From: Hydrolagus colliei
Taxonomy: Eukaryota
Assembly (NCBI GenBank): GCA_035084275.1
Contig: CM068756.1
Location: forward strand, 1,302,001 to 1,366,000
Direction of reading: 5' to 3'
Length of the DNA stretch: 64,000 bases
The first letter of the stretch is position 1; every line of letters starts with the position of its first letter. Shown here piece by piece: positions 1-14,045 of the stretch. Both the position numbers and the translations under genes were made by a program. The notes beneath the pieces were generated by a model, which was given only the letters and a program-made list of their open reading frames with translations, had not been told where the DNA came from and made no database searches.

Positions 1-3000
1 GGTTGACACCACTGGGAAAAAAAAGACTGCTCACGATACAGCGCTGTCACTCACAAAGATATTCGAGGCCACCGGTTTATAAATGGTGATGCTATCGCAA
101 TTAAATCATTTGGTCAACAACCGTCTCGGAAAGCTCTGATGCTGAAGCCCCAGCCAGAACCACGGAGCCTCTGGCTGTGTTAACCAGTCCATTTTCTACC
201 AAGCCTAATTGGTTTACGGATAACATTAATTACCGTGTTGCTCATTAATGGATGAAATCTTTATTGGTTCCATTGATCAGTGTGACTTGTTACCCATCTA
301 CCTAACCAATGGCGGATGTAACAAGATCACTTATTGGCATATCAATTAATGCAATCAATTCCGAGCTAGCAGATGCCATTCGCTGTAAGGCTTATTTAAA
401 CATATAAGACAAAGGTCCGGCAATACAGGCTGCAAAGAAGCTTTTATTTAAGAGGTGGTTTTATTCTGTCATTACTGGATCAAGACAAACTTAATAACAC
501 ATCCTTGAGAAATGAAGCTACGGTTAATTAAAAAAAGTTGGGTTTTTTTTTTAACCGTTACTTGGACCTCAAATGTTTTTGTTAAATCTTTAATATTCAA
601 TTTTTTTTTAAACGTATCAAAAATTGAATTCAATTTATCTGACATGAACACAAACCGCAGTAGTACCACCACAGACAGGAAGGTCAAGTTTCTCTACAGA
701 ATTATCAGCCATTGTCACAGCAACACACAAATGATTTTTTGACACAATCTGCATCCAGCCGGCGAGATAGTGCAAAGAGTTCCATTTAAAAAAAAGATTA
801 ATTACATTAAATTAACTAACAAGAGTGGGCGAGTACCCTTTTAAAACGTTGAACCTTAAATACATACAAACCGTATTATAATATGTTACAAATATTGACT
901 GTGCTTGAGCATATAACATTAAGCTATTGACCACGGGGTCACTGGTGTAACCCTGGGGACAGAATTTTACCTTAGAGCCTGGAAAGCGCAGTCAATATTA
1001 GTTGGCTTATGGAACGTGGATTTATTTAAGAATGTCAAACCTTTTCACCTGGTCTGGGCGGCTTTGCACTTTGGGAGTGTCATCGGGAAGCTCCATTCTG
1101 CTGATATCATTCCCTGGCATCAATAGCTAGGCAGCAGTGAAAATTATTTAATCTCACACACACACACACACACAAAAATAAAATCCTTCCGTCAATCTGC
1201 ATCGAGGGAGAGCCATACAATATGGATATAACCTTTGCCTCCATGATCAATTGTGCTATTTTTTGTTTTTTTTATATAAAAAAAGAGAGTGCTAGGTATT
1301 CCTCAGGCAAACATCGGTGCTCATGTTTAATTCCGCTCCGTTGGCTACATGACCTACCCATGTGGAGATACTTGCCTCTAATCTCCCATTTGACCACACA
1401 CACTGGGACAGCCTGGCTCACAGTCACCTGCTCACACATACAGATGCAAGGGCTTCTACCCTCTTGGCACGACTGCCAATTTCAGGAGAAATCTCCTTCA
1501 GGGATATAATAAGGGCACAGAGATAAAAGTGCTCGTGTCACTTGTGACATGTGCAAGAGTTGTTTCAGTCTTAGACAGATTATCAGACATTTCCACTCTC
1601 AGAAGGATTTACTGGTAAACTATAAGGATAATAGTCCGGGTCATTATTCTGCAAACAAACCACATAAAGCTCCATAAAGCTCTCGCGCTGCCCTGAATGT
1701 ATTATTTCAGAAACGGTTCGTGGATTTACTTCAGGTAAAACAGCGAGGGTTTTAAAATCAATTTTCACCTCACCCCTCCCTCTCTCCTCAAGGGCTCGAG
1801 AGGCAGGGGACACGATACCCCGGGCAATTTGGCATCTCACGCGCAAGGCTAGCCGGCGAGCCCGATTCAACAATAGCAGGCTTCAGAAGCGTGCTTGATG
1901 CTTTTTCCTCGACCATCCTTCACGTACATGTACTTCCCAGCCGCAGTCAGCGGGTAACAATCACCATTGACTGATTGTCCCCAAATGCATCACTAGCAGC
2001 CCCCCCCACCCCCACCCACCGCACTCGTGCATGCAAATCACAGTATTTAGATAAAATACACACATGCACAAGAAATATTGCCTGCAAAAAGTATTGGAGC
2101 ACACATTTGATTTCAATGCACCTGCTTTGTGCTCCTTTTATTTAAGCTGCAGAGACACACACTGGCTAGAAAAGGGACATAGTTCTGAACACCACAAATA
2201 TTTTTATTGCTCATCCCCAGAAATGCCAAACGCTAAATAGAAGGTCGTGGGGGAGGGGGGAGGGGGGGGTGGAAAAGGGGGTTTCGTAATCAGATTTCAT
2301 TTTCCAGCACTCGCGTTAAGGAATTCAAGGAATGTAGAACGTATGAAGGAACTTGGCACAAGATGGATACTCTGAATGCACCATTTGCAGCTTGAATACT
2401 TACAATAAATAAACACAAAAAACAAATCCCATCCACTCAGCTTTATAAATTCATCCGTCCTTTCAGAAACGTTTCTTTAGAATTAAATAAAGAATCACTG
2501 AGGCGTTTTTTTCCCTCTCTCTCTCTCTCTCTCTCACTCCACGCTTTCAGGTTTCTCTCTCATTTTAAGACTGCGGAAGCCTCCTGTTTAAAATCAATCC
2601 ACTGAACTTCATCTTTCAATGAAAGTGAAAGGGGTTTCTGCTTCTGCAGTGAAACTCCAAAGTGCGGAACCCAAACACTGCACCCGGTTCATTTGGGGAC
2701 CAGTTTTAAGCTGTTTTTAAGCAAAACAAACCGACTAATAAGGATGACAACTCTGTAAAAAGGGGAGAGGGTGTGGGTGACCAGCGAGAAATTAAAGTGC
2801 GAAGTGATGAATTGCTTCGAATGGGGGAGGAAGTATTTTAAAAATCAGACAGATAGAGAGAGAGAGAGAGAGACAGAGAGCGAGAGTGGAAACGTAAGCA
2901 AACTCTGCAATAACACGACTGGTTTGGGAGAGTGAACATTTCAAAAAAGCTGTCAGTTCTCATGTCAACACCAACTTCCTTAAGGTTCAACGACATGGAG

Positions 3001-4258
3001 GCAAATCACTAACAGCAGAGGACAAGCGCTGCCGACACACGACCCCACACGTGCCTGACAAGTGACACAAAACCAAAGGAGCCGAGATAGCTGTGATGGA
3101 AATGACAGGGCCTCTTGCAACACTCCCCCTCTGTATGTTCTGATCGGAGAACTGAACCAGCATTCAGCTCCACTTGCGATGAAGAACTCCATCCTCTCCT
3201 CTCTTCCTTCCTCCCCCACCACCAACCCCCCCTCCCCCCCACCTTATATCTTCTAAATTATAGACGAGCTCCTAACTTGGCTGGTGTGCGTATAATAATG
3301 TTACAAGGTAGTTTTACACCGTGATAATGCACCAGTAATATATACACTGGCAAAGCTCAGCGCTGGTGACATGTTTAACAGTAGCTGTTGTATTGTTTCC
3401 ATCAGACATCTTGAGGAAAACATGGGCTAGGGATAAAACACTTTAGATTTGCCGAACAATACATGCTTTAGAGGTTTCAGAAGCTTAAGTACACGTTTTA
3501 AAGGCAAGTAAATGTCACTGCAATGCTCTCTGTTCTTCTTCACATTGGCATACACCTCAAGTGGAAGGCACTTAAAGCTGCCAGTTTGTTCAAACCTAAA
3601 CGCCTGTTCAGGAATTAGGTTTCTTGGGCAATACACATTTACGCTGACACTTTTCGGGGCGGGGAAAAAGCAAAAGAACTAAAGGGCAATGTCTGCAATA
3701 GGAACTAGTGAAGGCTGAGGACGTATTGCTGTGCGAACCCATCAGGAAATGGTCGTCGTCGAACACGATAGGAATACCTTTTGAGAAATGCACTGCTGAA
3801 GCAGGCTTAAACTGAGTCACGCAGAGTAGGAACGTCTGAGATATGATGCCGCAACACGTAAGTGTTCCTCCAGGTATCGGGATGTTATTATCAGTTACCA
3901 GTTATCCCTCATGGGTTGGGAAGCAGAACAGTCCACAAGAATTGGTGTTTCTGTTGATTTGTGTGATCTGACGACAATCTCCATCTTTAGACACGGAGAG
4001 GGAACCAAAACAGACCGTGGAACTTCACCTAGAATGGACCAGTACCCTTTGTGAGAGGGAGGGGATGGCAAGACGATGGAACTGGATGAAAGAGAAATGA
4101 CCTAATCAAAACAATTACACGTGGAAAATTCTCAAGAATGAAAACGGCAGAATTAAAATGCTAAGCAAAAACAGTTTGAAAGAGACAACTAGGGGTCAAA
4201 CGCGGGGTGTTTGCTGAGAGTTAATATTTCCTTCCTTGTTTATAATTGGATAACCCAT

Positions 4259-4572
4259 TAATAATAATAATCATAATCCTTGCATTTGATATGGCGCTTT
4301 CATGTCCTCTAGACGTCCCAAAGCGCTTCACAGAATATACTGTAAAGGAAATTGCCTGTATATTTGTGGGTGGAACTCAACAGCCAATTCCACACAGCAG
4401 TGTCCCACAAACAGCCGTGGATTGAAGTGACCAATTTATTATTTTTTTCTTGCAGGACTATTACCAGGCATGTAGAGTAAGGAAGCTTGTCCAAGGTTTC
4501 GCCCTGCTGGGAATCAAACCCAGGTCTCTCGCTGGCGAGATGAGGTCTCTAACCACTGAGCTACAGGACTCC
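4259..4572 (-). mobile_element. Full-length tRNA-derived SINE (major family of this window)
   Basis: Minus strand reads GGAGTCCTGTAGCTCAGTGGTTAGAG (A box)...GGGTTTGATTCCC (B box)...TTTGTGGGACACTGCTGTG...AAATGCAAGGATTATGATTATTATT; homologous to 22600-22918 and 27563-27858. Confidence 0.92.
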
Positions 4573-7500
4573 ACCGTAGCACGTCTGGGAGAAGCTTTGT
4601 TCTCATTAGCATACAAGAAGACCCCCGAAGAATCAATTAAATCAGAGATACTCTCCGCTGTCATGGCAATTAAGTAAAATATTAAACAATGAGTTGCAGT
4701 TAACTGTGTTGGGAGGAAGCCTGATGATCCACCTCTGGTTCTGAACTCGAAAACAAATCGGAACAAGGATCACAAACAACAAAGTTATCAAAAAGCTAGC
4801 AATTCTTGGCAACTATAGCCAGGGACTTTTCTTCTGACCAGCATGACCCATTCGCTGTGGGGACCACCGCGACACAAAATTCAACGGTAAAATGGTTGCA
4901 CAGGGTCTAAGGGCTCGAGCTGTTTATCGGGCTATAACAGTGGATCACTCCACTGACCAAACATCCTTATTCGCTCACCTCATGAGCCAACGCAGCCTCC
5001 TCACAACCATAAAGAGCTGCATAATTAAAGAACTTGCAGCACTCAGCAATCCAGTCCCCAAGATTGGTTATGACAGTCCAGTACAAAGCTGAGTTTTAAT
5101 AATTCAATCCATTCCTGTACTTTGGCATGTCTCCGTGTGGTTTATTGGGGTGACAACCCAACCACACCATGAGCACTGGAAGCGGCAGCGAGTGACCTTA
5201 ATTACATTTGACAGCCACTCCGCATCCAAAATGTACAGAACTCCGCACTCTCATCTCACACTTCGAACATACATACACACACACACACACACAAGCGTGC
5301 GCGCGTGCACACAGAGCCTGGGAACACATTTTTGGTTGTCCATGTGCAACACAAACTACAAATTGGCTGGCAGATGCAATTTCGTTGTGTTCTTTGAAGG
5401 GTTAACTTTTTTTAACTGTAGAAAAGTAATGCCGTTTTTAATTGCACTCCTTCCCTCACTGACAGTCCAGAATACTGAACCAAGATTATGAAGTTGCAAA
5501 GTGGATTTGGGTAGAAGAGAAGTTTTGTATGTAAAGGTAAAGAATATAAAACCACAGAGTACTAATTGTGAGTTGAGAAGGCTGGAATTGAGAAGGCTGT
5601 GTCACTAGGTGAGAGAATCTGTGACTGGCAGGAATCGATTTAAGCTATTATTGCAGTGTAGAACACCTTTCCAGGTGCAGTGGTCAATGGGAGAATCCGT
5701 ATTATCTTTCAAGAGGGAACTAGACCGTTGTCTAAAAGAGGATTAAATTTGCAGATGTATGAGACTGAATGGATTGCAAATCTTCACAATTATCTAATCG
5801 AACTGGTTATTAAGTGTAGAAAATTTCATCCCTCCCGATTTCAAAGTTAAAGAGAAATTTGCTGGTATGACTACAAATGCCACAAAATAGCAGAAATGCC
5901 TATTTTAAAAAAAAAACCAAGTGCCTCTTTGTCCAGTGGGAAACAATAGTTCTCATTGATAGCATTTAGCTACTGGCATAAAAAAAAGTATATTTATTTT
6001 AACAGCCTATAAAAATGTTTTAATTTGGGCATGAGTGATTAGAAAACGTGACTTTTTAAAATCTAACATCACATGTCACTGAATTGGACCACACCAGTTA
6101 TGTCGCAACAGATTTCTGTTAGTAAATTTGGTACACATCATTAAAGTGGACTCCAGGTCCGTCAACCAGAAATAAACTGTCAGTGAGAAAATTAGTGTGA
6201 GTTCTTTACAAAAAAGGGAGAGGTTGAGTTAAAAGCAAGCAAGAGAAACTAAAAAAATAACTGGGTCAGAGAATGTATGGAATCAGTTTGGTGATCAAAG
6301 GGTGATGCCAACTTGCTGTGAGATTTTTAACAAATGAGAGATTCAGCCGAGCTGACCAAAACGGCAATGAATGGCTGTTACAAGCTTATCATGCCATAGC
6401 TGTGCTCGCTGTGCTATAAGGACTTGCTATTTTCCTAGACTTCTTGCCAGTTTTCCAGAGACGAGAAGAAAACTTCAGAGGTTCCAGTTGAGTAGGTGAT
6501 TTTGTATGTTGTAGGAAAACATGGGCACCCAAACCAAATATACAATCCCTCAATTCCGTCATGCGCCCCACATCATCGACACAGCAACCTGTTGGGTCAT
6601 GAAGATCCAAGAAACAAACAGTCCAATAGTGTAAGAATCTTCGGGGATCTGAGGCTGGAGCTGGCGTTACTCAAACACAAATTCTTTTTAAATAGCTTCG
6701 AACCACCTATGTGGACCAGACGAAAATGGATCTGTCCCTTTAAGTATGACTAAGTGGTGTGGTCTCCATTGAGGCCCCGTTATCAGCATGGTTTGCAATT
6801 TAACTCTGTTTTATGAACTAGCTGTTAGTTTGATTCAAGTCAGATCAAATCATCAGCCAGGGACTACCAAACCAGAAGTGTTGACCTTCATGCTCTGAGT
6901 ACAGTTTATCATAGATTTACTAGCCTACTGAAAGGGGCTGAACAGAAAGCAGCAGACTCCTGAAAACATTAATCCACACCACTTCACCTGTCAATATCCA
7001 AATGGATGTGAGGTTAATGAATTTAAAAGAGCCAGAGATATTACACATTGAGTAGAATGAACTGTGTGAACTCATTTTTATATTTCAGTGTGGATGACAA
7101 GCCTCTTCCTTCAGGTCGCCAGACCCAACAAACCGTCAGCCACCTACCTGCTCTGTGGAGCTACAGACGGAGCAGTTTTCTTTTACACAAACTAAAGCCT
7201 TGGATCCGGATGAAAGTTGGCGCTTCAGTTAAAAGTACCGTCCACAGCCTTGAGTGTCACTCACTAATCTCGGCCTTACTTCTCATTTCAAAGTTCACCC
7301 TTTTCCTGCAGACATCTCCTCAAGTCATCAGCCGGGCGGAGGAGAGGAGGAGAAAGAGGACGAGGAGGAGAGGGGATGGATTTAGTCAGCATGACAACAG
7401 CCCAATAATCTCCAAGATCACAGGTCGCTGGTAAAATTTTTGTGGAGAAGGAGGGGATTAACAATACTTGGCTACTCCCTTCCCACCATCAACACCCCTG

Positions 7501-8199
7501 GTTCTCCGCTTCCAAAGTCAAGGTGCTGCCGATTTGACTGTCCAACAGATGACATGAGAACCACGAGCCTGAACAAAGCGAGCCCAATGTGTCAGTGCAT
7601 TTTAGCTTTGAACTCAAAGCCTCTTATTAGAAGGTAGACTGACAAACCAAGGTGCTGGGCAGCCCAGAAGCCAGCACACTTGCTACGCTGACTGTTCTGA
7701 GATTTAGATTTTCGTCTTGCACAAAATAACTTGATTTGTTGGTTTCTCAAAAGGCGAATAATGTGCAATTAACGCAAGGAGGTAATTCAAGACTTTTAAT
7801 GCAATTTGGACAGCATTGATACAACACATGACCTTCAGGGTGTTACCTATTTTGAAGGTTTTGTGCTCAAGAGTGCTCAGGAAAAACCCAACGAGAGCCT
7901 TTGCATTGGTCACGCTGTATAAAGTTGTTTACAGAATCTGCTGTAGACATCAAGGACATAACCAGAGGGCAGGACGGGTGGTATTGAAGTTGTCTCACAA
8001 CATGGATTAGAATTAAACCCTGGGAAGCACTGATCTGCTAATCAAAGTGCTGTGACTCGCAGCTTTGCCCAGTGACAGCATCACAGTCGGTCTGTGTCCT
8101 GAGCAAACGTACCACCTGGAGAGTGGGGTGACTAGCGGACATCTCAAAGGTAACTGAGACAGATAAATGGACAAAAAGAATAGAAAGAATATTTGGGAG

Positions 8200-8300
8200 G
8201 CAAGAGCATAGTGAAAAGTCAGGGAAATGTGATTAGAAGATCTGCTCTGTTCCAATAAATGGCAAAAGAGGCTCGATGGGCTGAACAGCCTCCTCCTATT
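8200..8300 (+). mobile_element. CR1-like 3' tail
   Basis: AGGCTCGATGGGCTGAACAGCCTCCTCCT resembles the tail at 42150-42175. Confidence 0.5.
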
Positions 8301-8330
8301 GATAAAAGAAGACATGTAAATGTCTGCTTG

Positions 8331-8448
8331 TAAAATACACAGTCACTACACTTTACAATGCGTCTTATGGTGCACTTGAGATGTCCTCCTCAGTGAAAGT
8401 CGCTTTATCAAATGTATGGATTATTATTCTTATTGTTATTATTATTAT
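8331..8448 (+). mobile_element. SINE 3' fragment with (TTA)n tail
   Basis: AAAATACACAGTCACTACACTTTACA...CGCTTTATCAAATGTATGGATTATTATT matches the family 3' end. Confidence 0.75.
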
Positions 8449-8483
8449 GCAGCACACACGCAGCACCACAAAAAACCCAAATG

Positions 8484-8935
8484 ATTACATTTGTATAGCA
8501 CCTTTCACACCCAAAGGCATTGGACCGTCAATGTTTTAGACCCTAGTTGGGGTCGTGATCGGGGAGGGTGGAGGGAAAAGCGGGGATTTGGGGTGACCCA
8601 TGGGATCGTGGAAGAGGAGGGTCTTGAGGCGGGATCTGAAGGAAGCTAGGGAGGGGGCGAGACAGAGGGACTATGGGATGGAATTCCAGAGGTTAGGGGC
8701 AGAATGGCTGAAGGCTCGCCCGCCGATGGTGGGGCGGGTTGGTCGGGGGACGTGGAGCAGGCTGGAGCCTACTGGGCAGGTTGGTAGGGGGTCAGGATGT
8801 CACAGAGGTAGGGTGGGGCAAGGCCATTGAGGGCTTTGAAGGTGAGGCCAGGATCTCGAATTGAATTCTCTGGATGATGGTGGAGAGCAAATGGAGTCAG
8901 GAGAGATTGGGGGAGATGGGATCACAGAGCCAAGA
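8484..8935 (-). mobile_element. L2-clade LINE 3' fragment (degenerate ORF2 C-terminus + 3' tail)
   Basis: Minus-strand frames give IQRIQFEIL / TFKALNGLAPPYLCDILTPY / PTIGGRAFSHSAPNLWNSIP*SLCLAPSLASFRSRLKTLLF, the typical L2 ORF2 C-terminus. Ends with GAAAGGTGCTATACAAATGTAAT tail. Confidence 0.9.
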
Positions 8936-8954
8936 GTGTAAAATGATTTCCAAA

Positions 8955-9026
8955 TGGTGATGTGGAGATTGAACCCACAATCTTCTAACTCAGAGGCGTG
9001 AGCTCGACCACTCAGCCAAGCTGACG
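8955..9026 (-). mobile_element. tRNA-like head of an older (Deu-type) SINE
   Basis: Minus strand GTCAGCTTGGCTGAGTGG...GCCTCTGAGTTAGAAGATTGTGGGTTCAATCTCC has A and B boxes; similar to the head at 45520-45578. Confidence 0.65.
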
Positions 9027-9654
9027 AATGAGTAAGAACACACAAGACAATCACACCTCTTCGTTCACCATGGCCGGATCAAGTTAATATCATAAGGAGG
9101 GATTGTTGCTCGTGGTTCCCTCTGCAGTTACACAATCGGATGTGATAACCTGTCAAAACACTTGCAGTTCGAGTTCAATGCCAAGAATTCAATGCCAAAG
9201 AGACACCAAACGCCCTGACGGGAGACTGCAATCTAGCAAATCCCAGGGTTTTCACTGAGAAATTATATCTTGCATTTAATCTGATTTGTTTCCCCCCACA
9301 GCAGAAAGTAATGCAGGCTTGGATATGTTGGGAGATGTTTAACCATTGGAGTGAAGTCTGACAAGGTCGATAGGGGGGGGAGGGGGAGGGGGGGTTGGAG
9401 GGAGGAGGGGGGTAATAATCAGTAGTTTGAACCCTTTTTAAATTTAACCTTAACCCAACCACGGGTAACCAACCGGCTAAAGCAACAGCCCAGCAACACC
9501 AAAGCTAACTGTGGCTCCGGCATTGCTTCCCCGGTTAAGATGGACTAACTCAACGCAGGTTAGCAATGCCGATCATGAGGGCATCGCTATTGGCAGATTG
9601 TAAGGGCTTTTTTTTAATATAAAGACACACACTTCCTGTGACAAAGTGCCTGCC

Positions 9655-10030
9655 TGGATCAGATGGTGGCATTCTCACCATTGACCCCATTGAAGGCTGA
9701 GGGTTCAATCTGAGTGCTTGGAGGAGTGCTGAATTGTTGGCTGTGCCATCTGTTAGATGGGACCTTAAACCGAGGCCAGATCCACCTTTTGTTTTGGTTC
9801 TAGATCTACCTGTTCAGGTGAACATTAAAGACCCTTGGGTGCTACTTGAAAACCGACTGGAGTCAGGTCATAAAACTGGACCTTCACTTCATGGCTCTTT
9901 GTGGGACTTTGCTGTGTCCAAATTGGATGCCGGGTTTTTCCACAAATACAGTCATTATACTTCACAGACAATCCAGTGAAGCTTTGAGATGGCTTGTCAA
10001 TGTGATGAGGAGCTACATCAAATGGAAGGA
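9655..10030 (+). mobile_element. Degenerate Deu-domain SINE (SacSINE1/AmnSINE1-like)
   Basis: GAGGAGTGCTG...GTGCCATCTGTTAGATGGGACCTTAAACCGAGGCC...TTCAGGTGAACATTAAAGACCC...TTTGTGGGACTTTGCTGTGTCCAAATTGG resembles the Deu-domain consensus as recalled, followed by an L2-type tail. Confidence 0.75.
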
Positions 10031-12535
10031 ATATATTGCTATATATGGCCCATTCCAAAGAATGGATACTGTGTTACTCACTGGAGGTCTTTGGACTGAT
10101 TTAAAAAGTCCACGGGATACAACGGTTCCAATGGTCGAAAAGTGAATAAAACCCCTTCAAAAACACAGTTACCAAGGTCTTTGGATTTCTTTTTGCAATA
10201 AACAAAGGTAGGTTAGCAACTGACCACCTCCAATATAAATCAGCCAGTATTAGTTGCAGTTCCAGCAAGCACAGTTTGCTGGAACTATAAGTAACCATTC
10301 CATGACTTTGGGAGATAATTTATTAGACTGTTAATAATATAGATGCTGTATTATTTGTTACATCTTGTGAATGAACACATGCCACATTCTGCAACAGAAC
10401 TGGGGAAACCGGTTATTTCACTAAATTCCGCCATGGTGCACAAATTACCTTCCACCTCCTTAAACTTTTAATATAGATCAATGATACATTTTAAGACTCA
10501 TTGATTCACACTTCCCCTCACAACCACGTTTTTTTTTAAAGAGTGCGTTGCATTAGAAAAAACAATTTTTATCTTGAATATTTTGCCTTTGAAAAATCAA
10601 CACTTGACAGGCAATGTGACCACCTAAATAAAAAAAAACACTTCCAGCATTGTGCCAAGGTCTTCCAACTGTTTAACATTATCATGGTTTATTAGCAATG
10701 GTGAAAAGCATTCGGGTATTCTTATAAAACAAAGCAGTAGTTAAAAATAATCATTTGTTTTCAGCAGGGACCTAGCACTAACATGAGGGTCCTACTGGCA
10801 ATTTTATTTGCAGGATTTGTCCCCCGAGCACAGCATAAGTAGGCTAAGCAATTAAGAATTTCATGCTGATTGCCTGCAGCATGTTTTCCTACGCTATAAA
10901 GATAATAGCATGGAAGAGTGAGTCCTCTTTTTTTTCCTCTGGATTCATATTAGTGCTGCATTGGGTATCTGAAGCCTGCTTGTGCTTTATTAAAGTCACA
11001 CTCGGTGTTAAACGTGTAATGAAATCGGCCTCTCTCTCCCACAGACATCATCATGACAGTCGCCTCGCAGCACTCACACTCGTGCACGAACATACACAAA
11101 CTTACACACACACACACACACACACAGTGCCAACACCTCACCTCCACTAATGCTCACAAGTGCTGTTTGCACTACACCACACAACACTAGGCAGAGAGCA
11201 TAATTTTTCCCCCAAAACATTTTTCGTAAAACAAATAAACCAAAACAAATCTCCCGAGTGCAACCTTAATGGATTCAAATATTATCCAGTGGGTGGTTTC
11301 CTAAACCGGCGTGGAGCATTAAGCAATAATAAGATCGCCTCTGTCTCTCTCTCTCTCTCTCTCTCCTGGACCTTCCCGTTTTGATCAACGCGCAACAGAA
11401 AAAAAATGTAACATTTTCCAGCAAAGCTCCTCCATTTCAGCACATTTAAATTGCAGTCACATCACCCTGCAGAGTGAATGATAATTGCGCCTGGCCAGTA
11501 AATTACAACAGCCTCCACATCAATTATAACCATCAAGTCAAGCAATGAAGAAAATGAGATCTTGTGACAAATTTCATGAGCCTTGCTACCCAGAGCCTTT
11601 CTTAACATTCCGCAGATAGCAATTCTTTATCGGTGAGAGGTAATGGAAAGGTACAGGGGGTGAGATGAAGGAAGCAATGCAACGACAGTCATTTAATTAA
11701 AGCAGGGGGGGAAAAAAATTCTAATTTATTTTCAGCCACAGGAATACAGAAATTAGAATCGTTTCTGGATACCTTGTCTGAGAGGCTGGTGTTACAAGGT
11801 TTTCTTTCTCTGCCGTCGCTCTAAAATATGAAACAATCTGACCCGTCACGTGCTGTAGAACATTTGCAGCAGCAGCAATGTTTAAAGAGGGAGAAAAAAG
11901 GACATCACCCCAGGTGCTTTGCTCCCACACATTAAATGGCTACGGGATCGGAAACGCGACATTCACAAAATAATAAAGCACTCATTTGATATATAGCCCC
12001 TGATCCCTCACACCTTTTGATTCAGAGGCACTGAGTGTTATCAATTGAGCCAGGTTAACACGGACTAGTTCTTAGGTGCTGTTAAATGGGATGTAAGATT
12101 TGGATGGTAAAAATTGGCCCTTTTTTTTTTGGTGGGGGGACTCTGGAAACCGAGGACCACCTTTTGGTTGGCTTGATGTGGCACGATGTGCGTTTTAGTA
12201 AACGGTGGTAGAAGTGAGCCTTAAAAGTGGATTGGATCTTAAGCCTGATACACAAGTGCCTGAAACGGATCAGCCGTTGGATACAAAAAGGTTAGCAGGG
12301 CTGTGGACAAAGGGAGGCAGCTTTGAAGTGGCAGAATGGTCGGTCAACACACAATTGTACTCAAGGGCCCAGAGAGAAACATGGAATTAGGACTTCGGGA
12401 ATGCAACAAATGATACTGAAAGGATGATTTTTAAAGACTGAAAATTCAGAGGGGAAATTGAAAAAGAAAACCCAGAGGTAGTGAAGGCCATAGACATAAA
12501 AAAAACTGGGCAATAAAATAGTTACTAGGGCACTG

Positions 12536-12608
12536 ACGCCCTACCGGGAATCAAACCCAGGTCTCGTTTGCGAAGCATGTGCTCTCACCACTGAGTTACA
12601 GGACTCCA
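12536..12608 (-). mobile_element. SINE tRNA head only
   Basis: Minus strand GGAGTCCTGTAACTCAGTGGTGAGAGCAC...GACCTGGGTTTGATTCCCGGTAGGGCG. Confidence 0.85.
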
Positions 12609-12994
12609 CATGTTGTAATATGTTTCCCAATTCTTAATTCCCAATTTGCTCCAAGTTAGCTCCCTGCAGTCACAAGGAGTAGTGAGGGTACCTCAGGGCT
12701 TTGGCCTGTTTGGCTGCCAGAAGCACACTGGTCTAGTGCAAGAAAGGAATCTCTCCTCAGATAGCGTTTCCTTCCAAAATTGCGGCCGGGCGAAGAGCAG
12801 CCAAGGATCCAATTCCAACTCACCAAACTAGCCAATCCAAAGGTCCAAACTGCAGGCCCAACCTCCCATTCTTTTACGTGAGGATTTCAAAAACTACAGA
12901 TTGCAAACTCGGGCGCGGTTGACCGCCCATATATTTAATGGCACAAAATGGAACATCATGGCACTGAGCAGAATGCCCTTTTGAGGGCAATGTT

Positions 12995-12998
<4 letters not shown>

Positions 12999-13033
<35 letters not shown>

Positions 13034-13228
13034 ATGGGTCAGCAACCAAGCTTCTGAGTAATCCGACATAAATAAAAATCCTACATAATGAAATTCTGTA
13101 TCACATTGGCATTTAGTGAAGACAGGCCAGATTATGCACTTGGCTGGGTTGACAGACCGTATCGGTGCTTTATTGTACACTGGTCAGACTTGGCAAAGTA
13201 GAACATTTCTTTGGAATCCGCAAAGACC

Positions 13229-13272
<44 letters not shown>
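12999..13272. repeat. Inverted microsatellite pair: (AC)15 at 12999-13028 and (TG)20 at 13232-13272
   Basis: Read directly from the sequence. Confidence 0.95.
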
Positions 13273-13273
<1 letters not shown>

Positions 13274-13911
13274 ACAGAGAGGAGCAGCAACGAGGCAAAT
13301 GACACTGTGCTGGAAAGAGACAATGCAAGGTTCTGATGACAGGACTGTTATGAACCAAGTTGCTGGTTTTCCCAGGGCAAGCTGCTTATTTGTTTCCCCT
13401 ATTTTTAGCACACGCTTCTGTGAAAGTTGCACGGGTCAAGCTTTGATTAAAACTCATTTTCCAAAAAGCTTTAATCAGGGAGCAGCGAGGGAAAAGAGAA
13501 GGGGGGGAGGTGGGGGAACCGCTTTAAACTTAACTGCTGTGTAAAGGCTGAGTCAGCTGATGGTTGCGTTGACTGCAATCCACTGACATTGACGCTTGAC
13601 ACCCACACTGCGGTTAGCCTGAAGACCAGCATCGCACAGCTCGGATTAGTGGCCAACATCAAAGCAAATTCAACATGACATTTCTGCTTAAAAATCACAG
13701 TTTCCCTTTTTACAGGTGTGTAGGTTGAATTTAAAACTCTCTCTCACAAGTACACTCACACACACAGAGATAGATGTATATAATATGTACATACATATAG
13801 TTACACACTGTAAACAAATACTCGATCAACCTCTTAAAAATTCCCACCAAACTGGAATTTGTTGCCTGGAATGTCATCACTGCCACATACGTTCACATAC
13901 AACATTATTTT

Positions 13912-14045
13912 ATAATAATCCTTGGATTTGATACAGTGCATTATCACATCTTCGGGACGTCTCAAAACGCTACACAGAATATACTGCAAAGTGAATTGAC
14001 TATGTTTTGTGGACAAAATGTGGCAGGCAATCGCACGCAACATAG
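13912..14045 (-). mobile_element. SINE 3' half
   Basis: Plus strand ATAATAATCCTTGGATTTGATA...GACGTCTCAAAACGCTACACAGAATATACTGCAAAGTGAATTGAC is the reverse complement of the family tail. Confidence 0.85.

Noticed and set aside
1613-1648. Possible next ZFHX3 exon (TTTGTTTGCAG ... GTAAAT)
   Set aside because: Immediate stop codon in the required phase-1 frame, weak donor, no similarity to ZFHX3.
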